Origin: Malacoraja senta
Lineage: Eukaryota
Direction: 5' to 3'
Length of the DNA stretch: 64,000 bases
Assembly: GCA_038087875.1 (NCBI GenBank)
Contig: CM075988.1
Span: 2,170,001-2,234,000 of the forward strand
Shown one piece after another: positions 38,430 to 47,145 of the stretch; within the stretch, counting starts at the first letter, position 1, and each line of letters begins with the position of its first letter. A program made the translations under genes and the position numbers. The notes under the pieces are model-generated. The model made no database searches and was not told the DNA's origin. It worked only from the letters and a program-made list of their open reading frames with translations.

Positions 38430-38521
38430 CTTTCGTTGTTATTGGGGAACCTGAAGAAAGACAGGTAGGGTCGTCTACATTGGTGATTAGAGCAATTTAT
38501 AGCAGAACAGTGAGGTTTCAC
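38430..38521 (-). pseudogene. THAP-domain first coding exon (THAP12/PRKRIR-like), GTG at the initiator position; remainder not found
   Basis: VKPHCSAINCSNHQCRRPYLSFFRFPNNNE+AG|gtgagg: C-x4-C, SFFRFP and a phase-2 donor inside the Arg codon. Confidence 0.75.
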
Positions 38522-39055
38522 GCAGTCGAGGTCACGACCCGTGACCCGTACTGTTGCCACACAACGCCAACTGGAGTACACGCGATGAACTCGGTAAACA
38601 TTTACTATGGCTGCCAGCACAGCGGGCCCTTCTTCTGGCCCAGCATCCAGACTGGTTGCACACTGGACCGTCTATCCCCGCGGCCGGGGGTGGGGTGGGG
38701 GGAGGAGGGATCCGGGGGGAGGTTGTGGGGGAGGAGGAGGGGGTCGGGGGGAGGTTGGGGGAGGAAGAGGTTGGGGTGTCAGTGCAGCACGGTCAGTGAC
38801 TCTGGGTGGACGGAGGGAGCAGACCGCCTCCAACTTTGCTGCCCCACCCAACCCAGCCACGCTCCACCCAGCCCCGCTCCACCCGGCCCCGTGTGTGGGC
38901 GCTGCCGACCCACAGCCCCTGACAGTGCAGCCCACAGGGGGAGACGGGGCGGAGAGCGGCCGTGGCAGGACAGCGCTGACCCCGGGGGGAGGGTGGGGGC
39001 TGTCCCGAGGGATGCGCTCCTTCAGCCGCTTACACCTTGGTGCTCAGGTTCAGAG

Positions 39056-39580
39056 CAAAGATACTAGAGCATTTGATTCTGTGCGCTCAGTCACCCCCAA
39101 AAAATAACCCCACAAAATTGCAATCAAATTGCTCTGACTTTGAGTTCGCTTTGACATGGCGAAGGCTTATCGAGATGGTGCTGTCTCTCTGGACACGACA
39201 ATGAATGCGGCTATTAGTCGCGGATTGTAAAACACGCTACACCATGAGATAACACCAGTTTAAACATGATACCTTCCCGCTTTCAATGACAGCACCCACA
39301 ATTATTTACAGCGCAAAAAATGATTATTTCGACGTTTTTTAATAGGAAAGTACGCGTTTCGTGGGTTAATGTGTATACCGAGGCCGCCATGTCCTCCACA
39401 TGGATTGAACTGCTCCGAGCGTCACGCCCTTTGACCCGATGACCTTACGTGCAACCCCCCTATAGATGTCGAAGCCATGACAGTATCGAGGCAGCCCATT
39501 AAAATGGCGCCAACAACCACCCATGACATATGACACTTTTTTCACCGAGTGGCGTATCTTGCTCCGCTCTATTATCTTTG
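39056..39580. mobile_element. TIR MITE with CAAAGAT termini (P- or hAT-like)
   Basis: TIRs CAAAGATACTAGAGC and (rc) CAAAGATAATAGAGC; no matching TSD. Confidence 0.7.
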
Positions 39581-39669
39581 AGCACAAGTGGGGCGTGCCA
39601 GAGTCGGAGTGCGCGCTGACGTGTCTGGTGGTGCCTGGGACGTTGCGGGGCGGACAGTGCGGTGCTGAG

Positions 39670-40050
39670 CAAAGATCCTATAGCAAGCAAGATAGTGCAC
39701 TCGACAAAAAAGACGTAGTACGGTCATGGGCAGATTCATGGGTAATTTAAGTCCCCATTTCCATAACCGGCTTCCGTCTCCGCACCAAAGATCCCATGGA
39801 TATTAGGTGCGGAGATGGAAGCCGGTTACGGAAACATCCTAAAATAAAAGTTATTTGGTAAAAATCTTCTCCTCATTTTCAGAATTGTAATTTATTAACA
39901 CAAACTGTTCCCCCGCAACGTTGATTACACTGCGAGTCGGGTCGGGTTACGGAAGTGGATGAAAAAAAGGCCCTCGTTCCGTTGCGTACAACACGTCAGC
40001 CCATTGCATTGAGCAGGAGTGGTCTATCTTGCTCCGCTATCGGATCTTTG
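39670..40050. mobile_element. TIR MITE with CAAAGAT termini (P- or hAT-like)
   Basis: TIRs CAAAGATCCTATAGCAAGCAAGATAG and (rc) CAAAGATCCGATAGCGGAGCAAGATAG; exact 8-bp TSD GTGCTGAG; internal hairpin of about 28 bp at about 39759-39832. Confidence 0.9.
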
Positions 40051-40074
40051 GTGCTGAGAGTGCAGAGTACGGGC

Positions 40075-40218
40075 TGACGTCACGGACGTGGAGTGCGGTG
40101 CGCGCCAGCGGCTTGGGCGGCGTGGTGACGTGCGTGTTGACATCATAGCCAGGGCGGGCCGGGGTGTACGTTTTGACGTCACAAGCGGGGCGGGGCGGGG
40201 CGGTGCGTGATGACGTCC
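40075..40218 (+). promoter_or_regulatory. Cluster of CRE/ATF sites and GC boxes
   Basis: TGACGTCA at 40075 and 40174; TGACGTG at 40126; TGACGTCC at 40211; tandem GGGGCGGGG at about 40187-40202. Confidence 0.75.
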
Positions 40219-40299
40219 TTGCGAGGGCGGGGAGTGCGTGTTGGCGTTATGGCCGGGGCGGTACTGTACGTGCTTACGTCCCGGCTAGGGCGGGGTGTG

Positions 40300-40406
40300 C
40301 GTGCGGCGGTGCCGGCGGCCGGGACTTGAGGCGGGCGGGCGGCGACGACGGCATGCAACCGCTACGGTGTGGCCGGATCTGCTGAGGACCGAGGCAGCGG
40401 ACAGAG
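40300..40406 (+). other. Probable 5'-UTR first exon of an unidentified + strand gene (start approximate), with uORF MQPLRCGRIC* at 40353-40385
   Basis: Downstream of the CRE/GC boxes; donor GAG|gtacgg followed by a G-rich, intron-like stretch. Confidence 0.5.
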
Positions 40407-41429
40407 GTACGGCCTGTGCGCAGCGGCAGCGGCCGTGGCCTGGAGCGGATCACGGACTCCGGCAGCGAGGCGGTGGGAGAGCTGGTGCCGCGTGAGGGAA
40501 AGGCGAGAGCGGGCGGGAGGGGAGCGGCGGCGCCGGCGTGAGGGCTGGCGGACACAGCGGGCGCGGGCGGGGGGAGACACAGCGAGGGCGGGCGAGGGGG
40601 AGACACAGTGAAAGGGGAGACACGGCTGGGATGGGGAGATACTTCTGGGAGCGGGGAGTAGGGCGGGAGCGTGGATGAAGCAGGGAGGTATGGTGGAGCG
40701 GTGAGGGGGTGCCACGCCTGGTGTTACTTGGTGGGGTTGGCGACTATGGCGAGCATGAGGGGAGGGAACACAGAAAGGTAGCGAGGTGAGGACAGGTTGT
40801 GGGGGCGAGGTGAGGGAATTTGGAGGAGGGGACTGGGCAACGGGGCAGGGAGGGGAGTACAGGAGAGGAGTAAAGGGCGGGGGATGAGGGGTGACAGGTG
40901 GGGCGGGAGGGAACGAGGCAGGGGGACATGGCGGAGGGGTAAGAGGGCGGTACGGTGGGAGTGAATGTGGGGCACTGCAGGTGTTACTTGGGGTTGTTGG
41001 CGAGTGTGAGTTAGTGGTGAGTGAGTGTGATCTAACTTGGCATACACCAAGATGACTTGGGGTAAGCTACTGGTAAAATTGGGTGAAGCAAGAATAGGGG
41101 AATGACCGACATCTGTTGTCAATTGGTTAACCGGAGGAGCTGAAGATAAAGACGGGCTGAATGTGCCTGTTGTGGGAAGGATTGTAATGTATAGAGTATA
41201 AGCCCGGGCGGGAGGGTAGGTGGTGTGATTAATGATAGTTGTGAATCAGTGGCCAGGGATGTGAGCATGTCTTGTTTGATGCTTAGATGCCAGCCTTGGG
41301 AAAGGGTTTACACTGGCTGTTGGCTGGTTATGGGTGGTGGGCTTGCTGCCTCAAGAGTGTGATCCAAATCTCCATGGTTTTCTACAGGATCTGTCATTCT
41401 AGTGTAAAATGCGATAACTGTATGGTGCA

Positions 41430-41625
41430 ACAGTGCTGGAATAACTTAGCCAGCCAGGCAGCATCTCTGGAGAACATGGATAGGTGACCTTTCGGGTTAG
41501 GACCAGGCCTGGCCCAAAACGTCATCTACCAATGTTCTCCAGAGTTGCTGCCTGATCTGCTGTGTTACTCCAGCACTGATTTGTTTTTTTTTGTAAACCG
41601 GCACCTGCGGTTACTTGTATCTAAC
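41430..41625. mobile_element. Palindromic PLE terminal remnant
   Basis: tgctggaataacttagc..gcagcatctctggagaac paired with gttctccagagttgctgcc..ttactccagca. Confidence 0.75.
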
Positions 41626-42658
41626 TGTATGGTGCAACCTTGTTGTTGATAGTCTTTTCATTCTGTAAAGTGTGTAATGGTAAGTCAGCTGCAGCCTTGT
41701 GTGACATTTGGTAACATTAAATGCATGTTCAGGTTGAGGTTGGTAGTGTGTGTCTTATCATTTCCAATACTAATGAGAAATATTGAATAATCTCAAAACG
41801 ATGGAAATACAGCCAAGAAACGTAATGACTAGAGATATCCTGCTTCTCTCACTGGGGTTGGGAGCTGCAAACAGCAGATATGAGGGGAATGATAAATGTA
41901 GCAATGTGCATTGACTGCAGTGTGTGCATTGTCGACACAAGGGATGGAATGCGATTGAACAGCTCCCAGGCGCTTGCAGGATATTTAAATGTGAAAAAGA
42001 ATTGGGTGAGAGAGATAAGCTTAAGAGGCAAAGGCCCACTGTACAGAAAGGTTTTTAGAAATAATTTACTTTTTTAAAGTATAAAGTTGTTGGAAATAAA
42101 ACAGTAAAGTCTGGAAATACTTAGATTATAGTGTTTAATGGAGAGAGAGAGAAAGACAATAGAAGAACGAGAACAAAGAGGTGAAGGAGAAGAGCTGGCT
42201 TTGTCAGATGCCACTGAACATTTGAAACCTGGAAAGAAAATCTCTTGGAAATACTCAGCAGGGCAGACTATGTTATTCTCTATGGAAAGAGAATAACAGT
42301 GTTAATGTTACAAATTGATAGCATCTTGTCTGGTCAGTTTTGATGCAAACTATTGATGCACATCTGTAACAGTTGAATTCAGTTGCATCGTAAAATGCCG
42401 AGTTAGAAGGTGCAGGCCGAGGATTAGTTTAACCTGGCATCATGTTCGGCCCTGTGGGCAGAAGGGTCTGTCCCTGTGCTGTACTGTTCTATGCACTATG
42501 TACTGAGTCATAGTCAGTTATTCTCGAGTACGTATACCTTTAATCCGAGTTGCATCTTGTGCAGTTGTGTGAGAAGGGGAATGACATTGCTGCAGATGGA
42601 AGAGTGGACGGGTGTCACAACGGATGCAGTCCCAAAGGAGTGTTGAAACGGGTGAATA

Positions 42659-43425
42659 GAAGCTACTATAGCGCACTCATTCGTTTTCTGTACAAAAATT
42701 CAAAAATTTTGGAATGAAATTTTTGAAAATCTTTACAAAGTTATTTAAAACAAGACTGATACCCAAAGCAGAATGGATTATCTTCGGTATAACGGAAGAT
42801 GGTCCAGAACTAAATGTGTTTCAAAAGAAACTAATGGACTATGGGTTAATAATTGGAAAAAAGCTAATTCTAAAATTTTGGAAGAAGGTTCCAATACCAA
42901 CTATAAATATGTGGATTTCAAATATGTTTGAAACATTACACCTAGAAGAGATAAGACTCCTCCTAGCAGGTAAACCAGATCACTTCCACCTGACGTGGTC
43001 TGCATTTATATAATTATTACAAACAGGGTGCAAAAGTACTTTAAAAAAAAAAAAAATTTGAGGTCAGGTAAGGGGGGATGATAGTTGAAAAGTTGGTATG
43101 TACCATTTACGTAATGCTCATAAAAATATTTGTTTCTCTCTTTTTCCTCTTTCTCTCTCTCTTTCTTTCCTAGGGTCTATTTCTTAACTTTTTCTTTTGT
43201 TTTTAATTTTGCTCTTATAGGGTCTTCGTCCTTTTTTGTTGTCACATTTCCTACACTTTCACTTTTTCCTTCACTTTCTTCTTTCTTTCAATCTTTTCCT
43301 TTTCTAGTGTAAAAAATAAATGGAGTACATTAATTGTAAGAAGATATAAATGACGAGTACTAATGTATGTGGTTGTAATGTAATGTACTTCTAATAAATA
43401 AAAATAAAAAAAATTTAAAAAAAAA
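42659..43425 (+). mobile_element. 5'-truncated L1 LINE (ORF2 C-terminus, 3' UTR, poly-A)
   Basis: EATIAHSFVFCTKIQKFW...GKKLILKFWKKVPIPT..W; AATAAA plus A-tail; exact 14-bp TSD GAAACGGGTGAATA (42645-42658, 43426-43439). Confidence 0.92.
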
Positions 43426-43447
43426 GAAACGGGTGAATAAAATGTCT

Positions 43448-43730
43448 GGTGTAGGAAGAAACTGCAGATGCTAGTTTACACCGAAGATAGACACAAAATG
43501 CTGGAGTAACTCAGCGGGACGGGCAACATGTCTGGAGAGAAGGGATGGGTGACATATAGAATGGTTAACATTTCCTTATTGTCTGATCTGATTTTTCATT
43601 TTCACACCTCACCCTTCCAGATCTCAAAACTCACTCTCCCCTGACTCTCAATCTGAAGAAAGGTCTTGACCCGAAACGTCACCAATTTCTTCTCTCCAGA
43701 GATGATGCCTGTCCCGCTGAATTGCTCCAA
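43448..43730. mobile_element. Inverted PLE terminal repeats
   Basis: PLE termini facing each other; CTGAAGAAAGGTCTTGACCCGAAACGTC at 43653. Confidence 0.8.
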
Positions 43731-43879
43731 GAAAATGTGTGGTGATAGGTTTTTGTTTTGAAGGTTAGAAATGATAGCAGATCTGTTGATCCAGGCGGCT
43801 GGTAGAGAGGAAGGTGAAAATCAGCGTGATTGCACAATAGCTAGAGCTGGGAGATGTATAAGAAGATAAGTTTTCAGTT

Positions 43880-44352
43880 CCATAGACAAAGATCAATGTT
43901 TGCAATGGGGTAGAGGTGAATCGGACAATACCCCAGTTTACACAAGGACCATTCAGCAGCCTGATAAGTGAGGAAGAAGCTTTTTGTGACTCGGGTGGTG
44001 TGCTTTCAAGCTTCTGTATCTTCTGCGAGGAGAAAGAATGACTGGGGTGGGACAAGTCTGATTGATTCCTGAGACACCGTGGTTTAGATGAAGTCGATAG
44101 TCGTACATCCGCAATTCACTGCAATTTCATTTGGTCTTGGGCAGATCTGTTCCCAAACCAAGCTGTGATGCAAGCTGAAGGATGCGTTCTACCGTGCATC
44201 TGTAGAAGTTGGTAAGAGTCATGTTATGCCAAGTTTCTCCAGGAGAAGTAAAGGCATTGGTGTGCAGCCTTGGCCGTTGCTTCAATGTGGTTGGTCCACT
44301 ACAGATCGCAATTAATATTTACGCCAAGGAACTTGAAGCTCTCAACCATTTC
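43880..44352 (-). mobile_element. Decayed Rex1/Babar fragment
   Basis: Similar to 32260-32735 (tgcatctgtagaagttggtaagagtc, ccaaggaacttgaagctctcaacc). Confidence 0.7.
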
Positions 44353-44635
44353 CTGCTGGAGAAACGAAAGTATAGGACAATGGAAACACTGGTATCATCA
44401 GAATAGATGGAACCAAGCTGGAGGTACTGGGAGTGTGGTATGAAATCCTTATGATCTTAGATTATGAGATGTACTTGGATCTCCTTCCTGTGACTTCTTG
44501 CCTTCTAGGTATATTTGTCGCTGTCTTTCGCTATAGCATTGACTGGCTCAATTTTTCCACTGTGGCTACTTATTGTAACCTGGTCCTTTTTGGTCGAGTT
44601 CAGGCAAGAAGTTGAAAAGACCATGTCTGAACAAG

Positions 44636-44760
44636 GTAGACATAAAAAGCTGGAGTAACTCAGCGTGACGGGCAGCATCTCTGGAGAGAAGGAATGGGTG
44701 AAGTTTTTTGGACGAGATCCTTCTTCAGACTGAAAGTCACGGGAAAGGAAAGGAATAGAA
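44636..44760 (-). mobile_element. Short PLE terminal insertion
   Basis: ggtagacataaaaagctggagtaactcagcg...ccttcttcagactga. Confidence 0.8.
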
Positions 44761-44764
44761 GATT

Positions 44765-45026
44765 ATAGAAGGAGTTTCTTCCCAGAGGCCATTAGGACTG
44801 TAAACTCCTACCTCACCAGGGACTAACTTTACTGTACCATTCTACTGTTTTAAAAAAAGATTGCTGTTTTTTTCCTTTTTCCTTCCTCCCACAATATATA
44901 ATATGGAAGAGAATATGTGATTCTGTTTGTTGTTTGTTTTTTGCACAAAGTCCGCGAGCATTGCCACTTTTCATTTCACTGCACATCTCATATGTGTATG
45001 TGACGAATAAACTTGACTTGACTTGA
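44765..45026 (+). mobile_element. Rex1/Babar 3' end
   Basis: RRSFFPEAIRTVNS*, 3' stem-loop, AATAAA(CTTGA)n. Confidence 0.8.
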
Positions 45027-45199
45027 TATCCCTGGCGAAACACTAAAACTTGGCAGAGAACAGCTTCAGTCACAAATCCACATCCCCAACACCCACATCT
45101 GGGAGGGGGAGCATATTCTAGGGAGCCACAGAGATGTTGTAATTATGGCCATCTTCGTGAAGTTTGTCACTATTGTATACTTGCTCCACAACAGCATGC

Positions 45200-45850
45200 A
45201 AGTAGCGATATTAGGTCTAAGTGACGAGCAGTGTCAAACATGGCTGCGTGCCACCACTTTTGTCGATCTTTTTGTAGCCAAGTTCTGATTTCTGCAGAAG
45301 TTGGTCTGAAGACTGAAGGGTAGCTGTTCAGCCTATGATGACCATACTCCAGAACCAGAGTCTCCCAAACCTCTGTGGTAGCAAGTACTCAGTAACGCAT
45401 TTTTGCATGCTCCAAGTCATCAAAGGAAATGAATGCATGTGCCTGCACTCATCTTTACTGCCATGTAAGTCCTCTAACAACCTACCTACATCCATTGCAA
45501 AGTATTTGCATACCGCAAGAACATTCCCCATATTTTGGGAGCCACACTTCAGCAAAGTCAGACATGATCAAATTCACCACTGACTTTATGGTACCAACAT
45601 TTGGTTGGTTTGTATAAAGAACATTTGAAGATTGAAACCTTGGAGCTTTTCATGATAGGACCAAGCTCTGACATGAAAAGCAATTACCATACAGAAAGAA
45701 GAAAAGATTCAAAGGCTCCCTGAAGAGACCCAATATCCTCATTGGCTCCTGGGATTGTCCAAACCATGATTGCTCACAGTGGAGGGGAAGTATTCATGAT
45801 ATCATTGAAATTCACGTCTGTGTATTGGGAGCACATAGAGGTCCTGTGTA
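45200..45850 (+). mobile_element. Highly decayed RTE-type LINE
   Basis: FPYFGSH (FxYLGS-like) and an RKRFKxSLK..I..W-like C-terminus. Confidence 0.55.
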
Positions 45851-46639
45851 TACCGTAGTGTGTTCCTTTCACCTTACAAATACCCATACATATGACCATT
45901 CAGCCACCACCCGTCCCTTCTATTGAAGATTCTGTGGCACCCATGTTTACCCCCTTAACTGTCAGGAAGCAAAACTGGATGGAAGTAAGTCATCAACGAT
46001 CTCTGAAGGACTGCCCTGAGGAAAGAATATTCCCCCCCACTCGTCCAAACTCACCACTTTCTCCACCCTCCCCCCTGTCCTTCACTGATGCTGTCTGAAC
46101 TGCTGAGTGTTCGCAGCATTTTTCAGTTTCTTCATGGTTTGGTATAACACAGTAACAGGAGTTTTGTCTAGTGTTCTTGTTTACATCTCCAGATTTATCG
46201 GCTGTGTCTAATCTTTCACCTCTCCACCAACAACACCACTTTCATTGTATCTTGATCTCAAAGTCTGATACGGGATGAACAGAATTTTTCACCAACTAAG
46301 TAAAGTCGTCATCTGTAGTTGCGATTTGAGAGTAGGTGACCAAGACACCAAGATAGCTCAATGAAGGGCTAAAATATTTCAACAAGCATGTCCAGGTTGT
46401 TTTCAAGGTGAGGGATTATAGATTAGTGCAGTTGCTTTAAAACTTCTCCAAAAGGCAATTTGTTATATGTTGTGGAATGTGGGAATTCAAGTTGGCGTCC
46501 TTAGTCCAGAGATTCAGGCTGAGCTGTGAAAAAGTGGGAGGTGTGACTGAGCCGGGTGATGGATGATGTCTGAAGTAGACCATATATCGTGGGAAGTGTG
46601 TAGGAATGGGAGATATAAACATGGAAAGCAAAAAGTAGG

Positions 46640-47145
46640 GTTAGGTTTGGGTTATTATTGTCATGTGTATCAAGGTGATTTTTATGCTCACCAATCAAAT
46701 TACATAATACTATCCGTAAAGTCAATCAAGCCAACTCAAGTACTATAGGTAGAACAGTTAAAGATACAGGATGCAGAATTTAGTTCTCAGCATTATAATG
46801 CAACAGTTCCAGAGACAAAGTCCAATGAGGTAGAGAAGAATTGAAAGACTGTTCAGAAGCCTGATAAGAAGGAAAGAAGCTATTCCTGAGTCTGGTGGTG
46901 CGTACTTTCAGGCTTCTGTATCTTCTGACTGACAGGAGCGGAGAGAAGAAGGAATGGCCAGGTTGGTAAAGATCTTTGATTATGTTGGCTGCTTTCCTGA
47001 GACGGCATGGTGTAGAGTCAACAGTGGGAAGTCTGGTCTGTGTGATGGACTGGGCTACACCCACAGCTATCTACAATTTCCTGTGGTTTTGGGCAGAGCA
47101 GTTCCCAAATGATGCAACCCGACTGTAGGCTTTCTTTTGTCATCT
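46640..47145 (-). mobile_element. Rex1/Babar 3' end
   Basis: KAANIIKDLYQPGHSFFSPLLSVRRYRSLKVRTTRLRNSFFP. Confidence 0.85.

Larger units (their letters stand above)
38500..40700. promoter_or_regulatory. CpG island, probable bidirectional promoter (interrupted by two MITEs)
   Basis: Dense CpG in non-repeat sequence; splice donors pointing outward on both strands (gtaagc at 39033 on -, gtacgg at 40407 on +). Confidence 0.75.
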
